Position numbers and translations under genes: made by a program
DNA from: an uncultured Pseudomonadales bacterium
Lineage (GTDB): Bacteria > Pseudomonadota > Gammaproteobacteria > Pseudomonadales > Porticoccaceae
Assembly (NCBI GenBank): GCA_963925995.1
Contig: CAWUVN010000031.1
Coordinates: 8,683-72,682, forward strand
Direction: 5' to 3'
DNA: 64,000 nt
Notes under the pieces: model-generated
What the model saw: the letters and a program-made list of their open reading frames with translations, nothing else
Database searches by the model: none
Told to the model about the DNA's origin: nothing
Part shown: in pieces, positions 48,350 through 59,582 of the stretch
Layout: each line of letters starts with the position of its first letter
Position numbering within the stretch: position 1 is the first letter of the stretch

Positions 48350-50998
48350 TTAGAAGTTATAACGGTAGTTCGCGTACCAGAATGCACCGCTGAAGCCCAT
48401 TGGAGCGAATGCGCTGTAAGTGTTACCTACTGCCGCAGTCGCTGTGTTAAATCCAAGGCCATGCATTTCAGTAGTGGTCTGGCCACTGTTGTCGAGAACA
48501 TTGTTCACGCCAAGCAGTACGCTAGAGTTTCCGTTGATTTCATATTCAGCTTCTAAATCAACAACAAACTCTGAGTCAAACGTGTAAGCACTGTCGTCTG
48601 CAAGGATGTCTGCATTACAGTTTTTGAATCCAGCAGCCGTCTCAGGAGTGTCTGCGAAAACATCACACTCGAACTGGTCGAACCACTCGTCATAGAAGCT
48701 TACACGAGCGAGGAAACGCCATGCGTCCATGCTGTGATTAGCTGACAGGTTCCAGCGCGTCTCAGGCGTAGTATCTTCGATTTGCTTGATACGCTGTGGG
48801 TCGATAGTTGCTGTGTTGTATTCAGTAACATCTGTCTTAGTTTGGTTGTAAGCAAGATTCCACTGAGTGGTTCCACCCATCCAATCGGTGCTAGTTGAAA
48901 CGATAATATCGAAACCGCTAGTATTAGTGTTGAAGTCATTGGTGAAGAAACGGAAACGTCTTAGATCACCAGCTCCTGGAACACCTTCAGCAATTAGATC
49001 GTCAATGTCATCATCCGTTAATTCAACTTCTGACGAGAGGTTTAAACGATCTTCTACATCGATATCGAAGTAGTCAACAGTAATATCAAACTCGCCTACG
49101 GTTGCGTAGACACCCAGAGTGAAGTTAGTCGCATCTTCAGCCTTCAGTGGCGCGCCACCGTTGCGAAGTGCTACAGCACTTGTTGCAGGGATTGTGCCAT
49201 TGTTAACCAAAACACCACCGGTTAACTCGGTAGAGGTATTTGAAGTGTTCGACTGACCGGGTGTTGGTGCTTTAAAGCCTGTGCTGTAAGTAGCACGTAC
49301 ACCCAAGTCTTCAGTCATACGGTAGTTAGCACCAATCTTGTAGTTGGTGGTAGTACCGAAATCGTCAAAGTCTTCAAAGCGCAATGCAGATTGAACTAGC
49401 AGATCATCAGATGCATCCCACTCAGCTTCCACATAGGCAGCGATGTTAGAACGGTCAAATACACCTGAGGTTGCAGCTGGGAATCCAGGGAAACCGTTGG
49501 AAGATGTGCTGAAGCCCTGGGAGCCCAGACCGCCATCAATGTAAGATTCTTCTTGTCCTGCGCCAATAGTGAATTCTTCAGTACGGTACTCAGCACCGAA
49601 TGCCATGTTTACATCTTCACTGAGTGAGTAAGTAAAGTCTGCGTTGTAGTTAATGTCCACTTGCTGGTAGTAACCTGGATCAAAGTTGCGAGGACTCAAG
49701 GCACCAAGGCTGGCATTAACACTATTATTAATGTGGAAGTCAGCTTTGCTTTTACCGTAGTAGGTGCTTACATCCCAACCTAAACCGCCTCTAGTTTTGC
49801 CTTTTAAGCCAAACAAGAACGCTTGGTCAGTAACTTTTCCACCAAAGCGAGGTGTAAAACCGCCGGGGATAGTTTTTTGGAATGCAAAACAATTGTCATC
49901 AGCAAGAACTGCAGCCCAATCTGCTTCTTCTTGTGCGTTGAGCGGCATATCATTGTCGTTCGTGCGTACTTCTGGGCATGCACTACCCTCGTCCACACCA
50001 TCCATATCGCCTATTAACCAATAGTTGTAGTCATCAGAATCATCATTGAGAAGTATATTGTCGCTAGTACCTTGGTAAACACCGGGACGATTAATTGGGT
50101 TACGGTAGAAGAATCCACCATCTACTTCTTTAGAGTTGTGGTTGGTATAACCATACATCTCTGTGCCATTGCCTAAATCAGCACCAAAGTTGACGAAAAA
50201 TTTCATGTCGTTATCAACAATCGGGCGGCCCCAGATCATTGCAGGTTCAGGAACACCCTGAAAACCAGCGTCGATAAGACCCTGTGCATCGTTACGCTGC
50301 TCTGAACGGCTAGTCGCGTCTGAGCTGCCATACTCAAGAGTCATGTTTACGAAACCATTGCTGCCCAGTTCCATACCTTTGTTCAGAGACACAGTCATTT
50401 GATCGCCGTCGCCCGCAGAGTACTGGCCGGCGCGCAATTCGATGCTAGTGCCTTCGCTTGCATCTTTTAGATTGAAGTTGAGTACGCCTGCAATTGCATC
50501 AGAACCATATTGTGCAGCTGCACCATCTCGGAGAACTTCAACGCTCTTTAGTGCTGCGGCAGGAATTGCGGCAGCGTCTGGTCCTTGAGAACCGTTTGAA
50601 ATACCGTTGCCCAGCCAGGTAATAACAGCAGCACGATGACGACGCTTGCCATTAACTAGCAGTAGCGTGTGGTCAGGAGCCATGCCACGCAGGTTTGCAG
50701 GACGAACTAACGTCGCCGCATCACTGATTGGTTGGTCGTTTACACTATAAGAAGGGACCGTGTTACGCAGCAGGTTGCTGATGTTAGTGTCGCCTTGGTT
50801 AGCCAGTTCAGAGGCACTGATAACATCTACAGGTGCAGGTGTTTCAGTGGTTGAACGTGCTTTAACACGGCTACCAGTAGTTACAATCTCTTCTACCATA
50901 CCTTCATCAGCGGCGATGGCTATTGTAGGAAGCACAGTGCTTCCAGCAATAATTGCTGCTGCAATCGTATTTAATTTCCAAAAGGTTTTAGTGTTCAT
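48350..50998 (-). CDS. TonB-dependent outer membrane receptor
   Basis: Signal peptide, plug-domain motifs (IVTTGSR, VEVLRDGAAAQYGSDAIAGV), an 882-aa barrel, and a C-terminal aromatic residue (YRYNF). Confidence 0.9.
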   Translation of the reverse strand: MNTKTFWKLNTIAAAIIAGSTVLPTIAIAADEGMVEEIVTTGSRVKARSTTETPAPVDVISASELANQGDTNISNLLRNTVPSYSVNDQPISDAATLVRPANLRGMAPDHTLLLVNGKRRHRAAVITWLGNGISNGSQGPDAAAIPAAALKSVEVLRDGAAAQYGSDAIAGVLNFNLKDASEGTSIELRAGQYSAGDGDQMTVSLNKGMELGSNGFVNMTLEYGSSDATSRSEQRNDAQGLIDAGFQGVPEPAMIWGRPIVDNDMKFFVNFGADLGNGTEMYGYTNHNSKEVDGGFFYRNPINRPGVYQGTSDNILLNDDSDDYNYWLIGDMDGVDEGSACPEVRTNDNDMPLNAQEEADWAAVLADDNCFAFQKTIPGGFTPRFGGKVTDQAFLFGLKGKTRGGLGWDVSTYYGKSKADFHINNSVNASLGALSPRNFDPGYYQQVDINYNADFTYSLSEDVNMAFGAEYRTEEFTIGAGQEESYIDGGLGSQGFSTSSNGFPGFPAATSGVFDRSNIAAYVEAEWDASDDLLVQSALRFEDFDDFGTTTNYKIGANYRMTEDLGVRATYSTGFKAPTPGQSNTSNTSTELTGGVLVNNGTIPATSAVALRNGGAPLKAEDATNFTLGVYATVGEFDITVDYFDIDVEDRLNLSSEVELTDDDIDDLIAEGVPGAGDLRRFRFFTNDFNTNTSGFDIIVSTSTDWMGGTTQWNLAYNQTKTDVTEYNTATIDPQRIKQIEDTTPETRWNLSANHSMDAWRFLARVSFYDEWFDQFECDVFADTPETAAGFKNCNADILADDSAYTFDSEFVVDLEAEYEINGNSSVLLGVNNVLDNSGQTTTEMHGLGFNTATAAVGNTYSAFAPMGFSGAFWYANYRYNF

Positions 50999-51152
50999 AG
51001 ATCTCCCCCGAGATAATTTTCAAAAAGGAACGATGCTTTAATTTTTTATTTGTATAAATGCATCGCTGATGAGCCAAGGTTGGCGCACCTATAATTAAAC
51101 GAATGGGAGATCTATCCCCTCAGTTAATTGGCAATAAAAAGATGAATATTTT

Positions 51153-52166
51153 TTATTCGGGGGCGATGGTAGTTTTGGAGGGTTTGTTGGGAATTTCACG
51201 AACCAGTTTTGGCACTAGAAAACCGGGCAGAATAGCCTGTAGATCGGCGTAGATTTTCTTTGCTCGCTGCTCTTCAATATCGAAGTGGCTAGCACCGGCA
51301 ACCGGGTCGAATAAATGCAGGTAATAGGGCATAACATCGCAGTCAAAAAGCTTCTCGCTAAGCTCGGCCAGACAGTCTGCACTGTCATTGATATCTCGGA
51401 GTAATACGCTTTGATTTAAGACTTTAATACCGCAGGCCTGTAGCCGCTTAATGCTCTGAATAACCTCATTGTCTATTTCATTGGCGTGATTAATATGCAG
51501 AACCACTATAGGCTTTAGTCTGGTGGCGGTAGCCCAAGACAGAAACGATTGATCGATTCGCGAGGGAATAACCACCGGAAGTCTGGTGTGAATGCGCAGC
51601 CGTTTAATATGCTTAATGTCGGCGATCTGTTCGGTTAGCCAGGCCAGGAAATGGTCGTTGGCGGCAAGCGGATCGCCGCCGCTGTAAATCACTTCGTTTA
51701 TCTCAGTGGCACTGCGTATATAGTCTAAAGCGTTCTGCCACTGTTCTTTGTTCTGACGATTTTCCTGATAGGGGAAGTGGCGGCGAAAGCAGTAGCGACA
51801 GTTGATAGCACAGGCGGGGCTGACGACTAAAAGAAGTCGGTTGGCATATTTATGTACAATGCCCGCAATCGGATTGTGGCTGACTTCGTCGAGAGGGTCG
51901 TCGCTGTAACCCGCGGCGCTGGAAAGCTCTGCTTTAACTGGCAGCACCTGCAAGAGCAGAGGGTCGCTGGGGTTATTGACCTGCATGCGACTGATAAATG
52001 GACGCGGCACTCGCAGTGCAAAATCTGCAATGGCTTGTTGGCTAGTACTGAGTTGCGCTGCATTGAGGTTTAAACTGCCAAGTAATTCATCAATGGTGGT
52101 GACCGATTGGCTGAGTTCCAACTTCCAGTCCGGAGTGATGCTGATAGGTTGAGGAGAATTTGGCAT
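51153..52166 (-). CDS. epmB: EF-P beta-lysylation protein EpmB (lysine 2,3-aminomutase family, radical SAM)
   Basis: Collinear with E. coli YjeK: LRVPRPFISRMQ, CAINCRYCFRRHFPY, SGGDPL and MPYYLH. The ATG at 52166 is chosen over the TTG at 52184. Confidence 0.88.
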   Translation of the reverse strand: MPNSPQPISITPDWKLELSQSVTTIDELLGSLNLNAAQLSTSQQAIADFALRVPRPFISRMQVNNPSDPLLLQVLPVKAELSSAAGYSDDPLDEVSHNPIAGIVHKYANRLLLVVSPACAINCRYCFRRHFPYQENRQNKEQWQNALDYIRSATEINEVIYSGGDPLAANDHFLAWLTEQIADIKHIKRLRIHTRLPVVIPSRIDQSFLSWATATRLKPIVVLHINHANEIDNEVIQSIKRLQACGIKVLNQSVLLRDINDSADCLAELSEKLFDCDVMPYYLHLFDPVAGASHFDIEEQRAKKIYADLQAILPGFLVPKLVREIPNKPSKTTIAPE

Positions 52167-52300
52167 GAGGCAGTTTTTTTGCAAACTTAGTGGCTGATTG
52201 ATTGGCGCAGAGTTTACGCTATTCCCGATTGGGGTGGATAGTTTGTTATTTAAAATACCGCTTGTTTGTAATCAAGCGGGGAGAGAATACAGGTGAGAAT

Positions 52301-52759
52301 GTGACTGCAGATATCGAGTTTATGCGCCGAGCAATTGCCCTTGCCGAGCAGGCTGCCAGTGTTGGTGAGGTACCGGTGGGCGCGTTAGTGGTTAAGGATG
52401 GTCAGGTGATTGGTGAGGGTTTTAATCAGCCGATTACCAGCTGCGATCCAACCGGCCATGCGGAAATTATTGCCCTGCGCGACGCCTCCTCGGCGCTGCA
52501 CAACTATCGCCTTAGTGGCTGCGATCTGTATGTCACTATCGAGCCCTGCACCATGTGTGTTGGCGCGATGATCCACGCGCGAATCAACCGAATTGTATTT
52601 GGTGCCCCCGAGCCGCGAGCGGGCGCTCTCGAAAGTCAATTGCGGCTGATGGATAATAATCATTACAACCATTCTATTGCATGGCAGGGTGGTGTTTTAG
52701 CGGAGGAGTGCGGCGAGATTATCAGTGGTTTCTTTCGTCGAAAACGAACTAAAAGTTAG
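52301..52759 (+). CDS. tadA: tRNA adenosine(34) deaminase TadA
   Basis: HAE and PCTMCVGA zinc motifs. The GTG at 52301 follows AGGTGAG. The ORF-track start at 52202 is an extension. Confidence 0.9.
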   Translation: MTADIEFMRRAIALAEQAASVGEVPVGALVVKDGQVIGEGFNQPITSCDPTGHAEIIALRDASSALHNYRLSGCDLYVTIEPCTMCVGAMIHARINRIVFGAPEPRAGALESQLRLMDNNHYNHSIAWQGGVLAEECGEIISGFFRRKRTKS

Positions 52760-52787
52760 CGCTTACTGTCCTTAATGGAATTATTAT

Positions 52788-54251
52788 CTATAGGGATGAA
52801 GGCCCAGATCCTTCCCAGTCACTATTTTTTGATGCCTCGGCGGCACTGTCTAAATTGTTCTCATTTTCCCGCTGAATAGAGAGTGAATTGAGTTGCAGGT
52901 AACGTGTGTAGTACTGAATATTGTCGACATAGGTCACCGGCTCGCTGCCGCGAGCAAACCCGTATTTTAATGTTGAGTAATACTGTTTGTTGCTCAGTAG
53001 CGGCAGGTGCTCGCGTACATCAACCCAGAGATCCGGATTTTTGCCACTACGCTCGGTGAGTATTCGCGCATCTTCCAAGTGCCCAAGTCCGACATTGTAA
53101 GCGGCCAGACTCATCAGAGTGCGGTCCGGCTCAACAATCCGCTTCGGCAGTCGCCCTTTGAGCTTGGCCAGATAGGCCGCTCCACCCTGCAGGCTCTGCA
53201 GGGGATCGAGGCGGTTGTTTATTTTCATTTCACGGGCGGTGCTCAGAGTTAGCATCATCAATCCGCGCACGCCGGTTGGGGAGCGCGCTTTCGGATTCCA
53301 GTGAGACTCTTGATAGGCAACCGCTGCCAGCAGATGCCAGTCAAAGCCATGCTGTTCGGCGGTTTCCTGGAACAGTTCCTGATACTCCGGCAGTCGTTTA
53401 GCAACCAGCTCGCCGAGCCGCTGTGAATCGGCGACCGAAAAATCTTCGGTATGCGCCAGCAGTTCATCTTTTAGTGCATCCAGTTTGCCGCTAGCGCTGT
53501 ATTCCTGCAAAAACCGATTTGCCGCTTTCAACAGCGTGCCGTCACCATGTTTCGGGAAAGCCCAGGCAATCGGCTGATTGTCGGAGATATCCAAAGCCCT
53601 GCGCACCTGCGGGTAAATATGTCGGCTAACCAGATAGGCCAAGGAGTCAACGACCGTATAGGTTATCTCTCGATCGTGAACCATACGCAGTAGTTCGCTC
53701 ATTTCGGCGCGATCATCTTCCTGCCAAACCAGATTGGGATAGTCTTTGGTCCAGTAATTGAGCCGCTCGCTGTGCGAAGAGCCTTTAATAACCATCAGCT
53801 GGCCATTGAGGTTGTTGAGTGAGCGCGGTCTTGAGCTGCCGCGTCGGTAAACCAGATGCTGGGTAACTTCCATATAGGGATCGGAGAACTGTATCCAGCG
53901 ATCACGATCTTGGGTGTGAGTGATATTGGCAGCGGCAAAGCTGCCCTCTGGGCCACCTACTGACAGCAGCATTGAGTGCAGAGTCGGCTTGGATTTCATT
54001 ACCAATTCAGCCCCCAGACTGTCGGCAAAGGCTTTGGCGAGCAGATATTCAAAACCATTTTTGCCGCGACCATCCTCAAAATAGGTGGTCGGGCCATCGA
54101 TAGTCAGCACATGGAGTTCGCCATTGGCCTGAATTTTTTCGAGGTCGCTGATGCGTGCGGCGCTGGTAACATAGAATAGAAATACGCTTGCCGACAGGAT
54201 TAGAAGCCCGCGGTTACGGATTCGTCTCGCTCTGTGTGAAAGTCCTCTCAT
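52788..54251 (-). CDS. mltF: membrane-bound lytic murein transglycosylase F
   Basis: N-terminal solute-binding-like domain plus a C-terminal SLT domain ([11 protein letters not shown]). Divergent from purL as in E. coli. Confidence 0.9.
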   Translation of the reverse strand: MRGLSHRARRIRNRGLLILSASVFLFYVTSAARISDLEKIQANGELHVLTIDGPTTYFEDGRGKNGFEYLLAKAFADSLGAELVMKSKPTLHSMLLSVGGPEGSFAAANITHTQDRDRWIQFSDPYMEVTQHLVYRRGSSRPRSLNNLNGQLMVIKGSSHSERLNYWTKDYPNLVWQEDDRAEMSELLRMVHDREITYTVVDSLAYLVSRHIYPQVRRALDISDNQPIAWAFPKHGDGTLLKAANRFLQEYSASGKLDALKDELLAHTEDFSVADSQRLGELVAKRLPEYQELFQETAEQHGFDWHLLAAVAYQESHWNPKARSPTGVRGLMMLTLSTAREMKINNRLDPLQSLQGGAAYLAKLKGRLPKRIVEPDRTLMSLAAYNVGLGHLEDARILTERSGKNPDLWVDVREHLPLLSNKQYYSTLKYGFARGSEPVTYVDNIQYYTRYLQLNSLSIQRENENNLDSAAEASKNSDWEGSGPSSL

Positions 54252-54414
54252 GGAATTTTTAGGCCGCCAATTGCGATTTACTGTGGATAATTGCGGTTAT
54301 GTTTTACCGACTAAAAATAATTGTACATGGTTTGCTAAATTCTATCTGCCAACGAGCCGTTTTTCCGCTAGAATGACGTGCTTTCTCAATCAGATGAATA
54401 TGAGCACTCCATCT

Positions 54415-57400
54415 ATGATGATCCTCAGTGGCGCACCTTCCCTGTCCGCGTTTAGACGTAAAAAATTACTTTCCACTCTGCAAAAATCGGTGCCCTCGCT
54501 GGTCTCTGTGTACGCGGAATATGTTCACTTTGCCGAAATCACTGAGAGCCTCAGCGATAGCGCTGCAGAAACCCTTAAGGCACTGCTTACCTACGGGCCA
54601 CGGGAAGAGAAGACATCCACCAAAGGCCAGTTGATTTTAGTTGTGCCGCGCCCCGGGACAATTTCACCCTGGTCAAGCAAGGCCACCGATATTGCCCATA
54701 ACTGCGGTTTAGCGCAGGTGGTCAGAGTCGAGCGCGGAACCGCCTACTATGTTCACGCCGAAGAGACCCTTAGCGAAAAGCAGTTAGCGACGCTGGCAGC
54801 GGATCTGCACGACCGTATGGTTGAGACGGTGCTCGATGATTTAAATAAAGCCGATGTGCTATTCAGTCATCAGCAACCAGCCCCAGTCACCAGTGTGGAT
54901 ACTCTGGGTGGTGGCGTTGAGGCGCTTAAAACGGCCAATATTGAATTGGGTCTGGCCCTTGCCGACGACGAGATCGGTTATCTGGTCGATAGCTTTAACG
55001 AGCTAAAGCGCAACCCAACCGATGTTGAACTGATGATGTTTGCTCAGGCCAACTCAGAACACTGTCGACATAAAATATTTAATGCCAGCTGGACGCTCGA
55101 CGGCAAAGATCAGGAGCATTCCCTGTTCGGCATGATTCGCAATACCTATAAGGTTAATGGCGAGAATGTGCTCTCTGCTTATTCGGATAATGCCGCAGTT
55201 ATAGTGGGTACCGAAGGCGGACGCTTCTTCCCTGATCCGGCTACCAAGCTCTATGGTTACAACCAAGAGCCTGTGCATCTGTTAATGAAGGTCGAGACTC
55301 ATAATCACCCAACGGCTATTTCCCCCTATTCTGGTGCTGGCACCGGTTCCGGTGGCGAAATTCGTGATGAGGGTGCCGTGGGTCGTGGTTCCAAGCCTAA
55401 AGTTGGTCTAGTTGGTTTTAGTGTTTCCAATCTAAATATTCCCAACTACCGTCAGTCCTGGGAAGAGGACTACGGCAAGCCAGATCGAATTGTCTCGGCG
55501 CTAGATATTATGCTCGAGGGCCCGATTGGTGGCGCGGCCTTTAACAATGAATTTGGCCGACCGAATATCTGTGGTTACCTGCGGACTTTCGAAGTGGATT
55601 TTGACGGGCAGCGACGCGGCTATCACAAGCCAATTATGATCGCCGGCGGTTACGGCAATATCCGTGAAGACCATGTTGATAAACCCGAATTTGAGCCCGG
55701 TGCCCAGTTAGTAGTTCTAGGTGGCCCGGCGATGTTGATCGGCCTTGGTGGTGGCGCAGCCTCATCCATGGCGACCGGTTCCAGTTCAGCGGATTTGGAC
55801 TTTGCATCCGTGCAGCGTCAAAACCCTGAGATTGAGCGCCGCTGTCAGGAAGTGATCGATCAGTGCTGGCAGCAGGGTGGTGAGAACCCAATTGCCTTTA
55901 TCCACGATGTGGGTGCTGGCGGTCTTTCCAATGCCCTGCCTGAATTAGTTAAAGATGGCGGCACCGGCGGCCATTTTCAGCTGCGTAAAGTACCCAATGA
56001 TGAACCCGGTATGGCACCGGTGGAGATCTGGTGTAACGAAGCTCAGGAGCGCTATGTGTTGGCAGTATTGCCCCGCGACCTGACCCGTTTTCTAGAAATC
56101 TGTCATCGTGAACGCTGTCCGGTAGCCGTGGTCGGTGAAGCTATAGAAGATAAAAAAATTACCGTTAGCGACAGTCATTTTGATAATGATCCGGTTGATC
56201 TTCCGATGTCTGTGCTGTTTGGCAAGGCGCCAAAAATGCACCGTGTTGCCGAGACGATGGAGGTTAATGCCAGTCCGTTTTCTACCGATGATTTAAATAT
56301 TGACGATGCAGTATTTCAGGTACTGCGCCATCCCACCGTAGCCAGTAAAAACTTCCTGATCACCATCGGTGATCGAACCGTTGGCGGTATGGTTGCCCGC
56401 GATCAGATGGTTGGGCCCTGGCAGGTGCCGGTGGCTGACTGTGCAGTAACCACTGTGACCTATGACAGCACCGCTGGTGAAGCCATGGCTATGGGTGAGC
56501 GCACGCCGCTGGCACTTATTAATGCTCCCGCGTCTGGGCGTATGGCGATTGGTGAGGCGATTACCAATATCGCCGCTGCGCGCATTGGTGACCTTAAAGA
56601 TATTAAATTGTCTGCTAACTGGATGAGCCCTGCAGGGCATCCGGGCGAAGACGAGAAACTCTTCCGCACCGTTGAGGCGGTGGGTATGGAGCTCTGTCCA
56701 GCGCTGGGAATTACGATTCCGGTGGGCAAGGACTCAATGTCGATGCGCACCACCTGGAATGACCGTGGTGAAGATAAGGCGGTTACCTCGCCTATGTCAT
56801 TGATTATTACTGCGTTTTCGCCCGTTCTGGATGTGCGCAAAACTCTGACTCCGCAGCTGCGAACCGACTGCGGAGAGACACAGCTATTACTCTTGGACCT
56901 GGGTGCCGGTGCCAACCGTATGGGCGGCTCGATTCTGGCTCAGGTCAATAATGAAATGGGCGATACAGCGCCGGATTTAGAAAATCCCGCACTACTTAAA
57001 GGCTTCTTTGAAGTGATGCAGGCGTCTATGGAGCAGGGCGATATTCTCGCTTACCACGATCGCTCTGACGGCGGTCTGTTGGCGACGCTAGCGGAGATGT
57101 CTTTTGCCGGTCATGTGGGTGTCTCGGTGGATCTTCAGACCCTTGGCGATGATTCGATTGCTGCGCTATTTAATGAAGAGCTAGGTGCTGTGATTCAGGT
57201 GAGTGCTGAGCGCGCCAATAGCATTGCCGAGCGGTTTAGCGATGCGGGGGTGGATGTGCATCTGCTCGGCGGCTTAAATGATCGTCAGGAATTGGAAATT
57301 GTTAAAAAGAAAAAGTCACTGTTCACTCGTTCGCGAATAGATTTACAGCGTACCTGGGGTGAGACTTCCTACCGTATGGCCGCGCTGCGAGACAATGCAG

Positions 57401-58287
57401 ACTGTGCCTGGGAGGAGTTTAATACTTTGCGCATGGATGATCCGGGTCTCTCGGCTAAGCTGACTTATAACCCTGAAAAAGATATTGCTGCGCCCTATAT
57501 TAATAGTGGTGTTCGTCCCGCTGTGGCGATTCTGCGTGAGCAGGGCGTTAACAGTCATCTGGAAATGGCTGCGGCCTTTAATCGCGCTGGCTTTGATTCG
57601 GTGGATGTTCATATGAGCGATCTGCTGGCCGGTCGTCGCACTCTGGCTGATTTCTCTGGAGTGATTGCCTGTGGTGGTTTTTCTTACGGTGATGTGTTGG
57701 GCGCCGGTGAGGGTTGGGCTAAAACTGTGCTGTTTAATGAGCAGATTCGCGATCAGTTCCAGACTTTCTTTCACCGTTCAGACAGCTTTAGTCTGGGTGT
57801 CTGTAACGGCTGTCAGATGTTGAGTAATTTGAAAACATTGATTCCTGGCGCTGAGTTATGGCCGCGCTTTGTGCGCAATCTTTCCGAGCAGTTTGAAGCG
57901 CGTTTCTCGCTGGTTCGAGTGGAGGAGTCTCCTTCTATATTCTTGCAGGGAATGGCGGGTTCGCATATGCCGATTGCGATTTCTCATGGTGAGGGTCGCG
58001 CGGAGTTTTCGTCGCAGAAGGCGATGGATAGGCTGCTGGCCAGTAATCAAATTGCTATGCGCTTTTTGGATAACCATGGTGTGGTTGCCAGTACTTATCC
58101 GGCTAATCCCAATGGTTCGCCAGAGGGGATTACCGGTGTTTCCAGTGCTGATGGCCGTGCTACATTGATGATGCCGCACCCGGAGCGTGTTTACCGTACG
58201 GTGCAGAATTCCTGGCATCCTGATGATTGGGGCGAGGATGGTGCTTGGATGCGTATATTTAGAAATGCGCGTAAGTTTGTCGACTAA
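54415..58287 (+). CDS. purL: phosphoribosylformylglycinamidine synthase (single-chain PurL)
   Basis: [19 protein letters not shown] parallels E. coli [20 protein letters not shown]. C-terminal glutaminase motif GVCNGCQM. The start could also be 54394 or 54400. The ORF-track start at 54250 is spurious. Confidence 0.96.
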   Translation: MMILSGAPSLSAFRRKKLLSTLQKSVPSLVSVYAEYVHFAEITESLSDSAAETLKALLTYGPREEKTSTKGQLILVVPRPGTISPWSSKATDIAHNCGLAQVVRVERGTAYYVHAEETLSEKQLATLAADLHDRMVETVLDDLNKADVLFSHQQPAPVTSVDTLGGGVEALKTANIELGLALADDEIGYLVDSFNELKRNPTDVELMMFAQANSEHCRHKIFNASWTLDGKDQEHSLFGMIRNTYKVNGENVLSAYSDNAAVIVGTEGGRFFPDPATKLYGYNQEPVHLLMKVETHNHPTAISPYSGAGTGSGGEIRDEGAVGRGSKPKVGLVGFSVSNLNIPNYRQSWEEDYGKPDRIVSALDIMLEGPIGGAAFNNEFGRPNICGYLRTFEVDFDGQRRGYHKPIMIAGGYGNIREDHVDKPEFEPGAQLVVLGGPAMLIGLGGGAASSMATGSSSADLDFASVQRQNPEIERRCQEVIDQCWQQGGENPIAFIHDVGAGGLSNALPELVKDGGTGGHFQLRKVPNDEPGMAPVEIWCNEAQERYVLAVLPRDLTRFLEICHRERCPVAVVGEAIEDKKITVSDSHFDNDPVDLPMSVLFGKAPKMHRVAETMEVNASPFSTDDLNIDDAVFQVLRHPTVASKNFLITIGDRTVGGMVARDQMVGPWQVPVADCAVTTVTYDSTAGEAMAMGERTPLALINAPASGRMAIGEAITNIAAARIGDLKDIKLSANWMSPAGHPGEDEKLFRTVEAVGMELCPALGITIPVGKDSMSMRTTWNDRGEDKAVTSPMSLIITAFSPVLDVRKTLTPQLRTDCGETQLLLLDLGAGANRMGGSILAQVNNEMGDTAPDLENPALLKGFFEVMQASMEQGDILAYHDRSDGGLLATLAEMSFAGHVGVSVDLQTLGDDSIAALFNEELGAVIQVSAERANSIAERFSDAGVDVHLLGGLNDRQELEIVKKKKSLFTRSRIDLQRTWGETSYRMAALRDNADCAWEEFNTLRMDDPGLSAKLTYNPEKDIAAPYINSGVRPAVAILREQGVNSHLEMAAAFNRAGFDSVDVHMSDLLAGRRTLADFSGVIACGGFSYGDVLGAGEGWAKTVLFNEQIRDQFQTFFHRSDSFSLGVCNGCQMLSNLKTLIPGAELWPRFVRNLSEQFEARFSLVRVEESPSIFLQGMAGSHMPIAISHGEGRAEFSSQKAMDRLLASNQIAMRFLDNHGVVASTYPANPNGSPEGITGVSSADGRATLMMPHPERVYRTVQNSWHPDDWGEDGAWMRIFRNARKFVD

Positions 58288-58311
58288 CTTATAAAAATAG
58301 AGGAGCGGTTT

Positions 58312-58581
58312 ATGTCAAAGTTACCTAATGAGGTGGAGTTGGTTAAGAAGGCGCTTCAGATCGGTGCTGTTTATGCTCAGAAGCGTGCCTATGGCGTGGT
58401 TGAGGATCAGGATTCGGTTAAGTTGAAGGTTGAATTTATCTATAAGGTGTTGGTGAAAGATAAGCTGATTCAGCCGCTGGCGAAGAAGGATATAAGTGAT
58501 CCGAATATGCGTCATAAATTGGCGCTGTGGATCTCTCGTCAGCTTCCGGCAGGCCATTCTTTGCTGTCTGAAACTAAGTAA
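58312..58581 (+). CDS. hypothetical 89-aa protein
   Basis: AGAGGAG lies 8 nt upstream of the ATG, and the gene is followed by a strong intrinsic terminator. I recognise no family. Confidence 0.55.
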   Translation: MSKLPNEVELVKKALQIGAVYAQKRAYGVVEDQDSVKLKVEFIYKVLVKDKLIQPLAKKDISDPNMRHKLALWISRQLPAGHSLLSETK

Positions 58582-58595
58582 TCACTTCTTGTATT

Positions 58596-58624
58596 AAGCC
58601 CGCCAGTTGTGGCGGGCTTTTTTA
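58596..58624 (+). terminator. intrinsic terminator
   Basis: aagcccgcc-agtt-gtggcgggctt followed by a T-run. Confidence 0.85.
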
Positions 58625-58633
58625 TTCCATTCT

Positions 58634-58716
58634 GTTATCCCAGTTTTTCACCTTATCCTGTATCCCGGCTATCCGTTTTATCCTTTCATCCCGACAGAGC
58701 GTAGCGATGAGGGATC
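58634..58716 (+). repeat. three degenerate GTCAT-type units at 25-26-nt spacing, homologous to 15653-15734
   Basis: gttatccc (58634), gtatcccgg (58660), and ttcatcccgacagagcgtagcgatgagggatc (58685-58716). Confidence 0.8.
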
Positions 58717-58746
58717 TCCTTGCCGGTTACTTCCTGTTTTGGCGTG

Positions 58747-58903
58747 GAATAGCCCCTGTGTATTGCCTTGAGATCGGTCCCATGGATTTGCAATTCCCAG
58801 CGCTCCCGCAACTCGCTTCGCTCAAACAAGCGCTCGCTCAGTCTGGGAATTACAAATCCATAAGCGGGCCCTGACTGATCTCAAGGCAATACACAGGGGC
58901 TAT
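58747..58903 (+). repeat. long hairpin element, copy B (candidate structured RNA or structured DNA repeat)
   Basis: The outer arms 58747-58774 and 58876-58903 are perfectly complementary over 28 nt. The inner arms are 58780-58799 and 58842-58860. It is homologous to 15768-15925. Confidence 0.85.
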
Positions 58904-58989
58904 TTGAACTATCGCAGTACAGTCAAAAAATATTTGAATTACGCTCGGTGTTTGAGCTTAGTTGCGCGCCATACTTGCTACAGCGCCCC

Positions 58990-59081
58990 GTCATGCTAGC
59001 GAAGGCCAGTACCTCTTCAACCGGCAGCATAATTCGAAAGACCCCAGCCTCCGCTGGGGTGACGTTATTAGCTGGGGTGAC
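58990..59081. repeat. GTCAT-family palindromic units
   Basis: gtcatgctagcgaaggccagtacc (58990-59013), an inverted ccccagcctccgctggggtgac (59042-59063), and a half unit gctggggtgac (59071-59081). Confidence 0.75.
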
Positions 59082-59150
59082 GTTTCAGCATCCATTTCCG
59101 ACGTACATTTTAAAACCCCTAAGAAACCCCCGTCTGTGCTATCCTAGCCG

Positions 59151-59531
<381 letters not shown>

Positions 59532-59552
59532 TTTTTATGGTTTTGCAATGAA

Positions 59553-59582
59553 GGCTAGCGAGAAATCGCTAGTCTTTTTTGT
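59553..59582 (+). terminator. intrinsic terminator of rnpB
   Basis: ggctagcga-gaaa-tcgctagtc followed by tttttt. Confidence 0.8.

Noticed and set aside
50999-51152. Fur box or cobalamin/TPP riboswitch upstream of the TonB-dependent receptor
   Set aside because: There is only a weak half-match (aaaattatc) to the Fur palindrome. No B12-box or other riboswitch core motif is recognisable by eye.
54250-54414. 55-codon N-terminal extension of the purL ORF
   Set aside because: It overlaps the divergent mltF start. PurL homology begins at [13 protein letters not shown] (54415), and the extension crosses a TAGAAT -10-like element.
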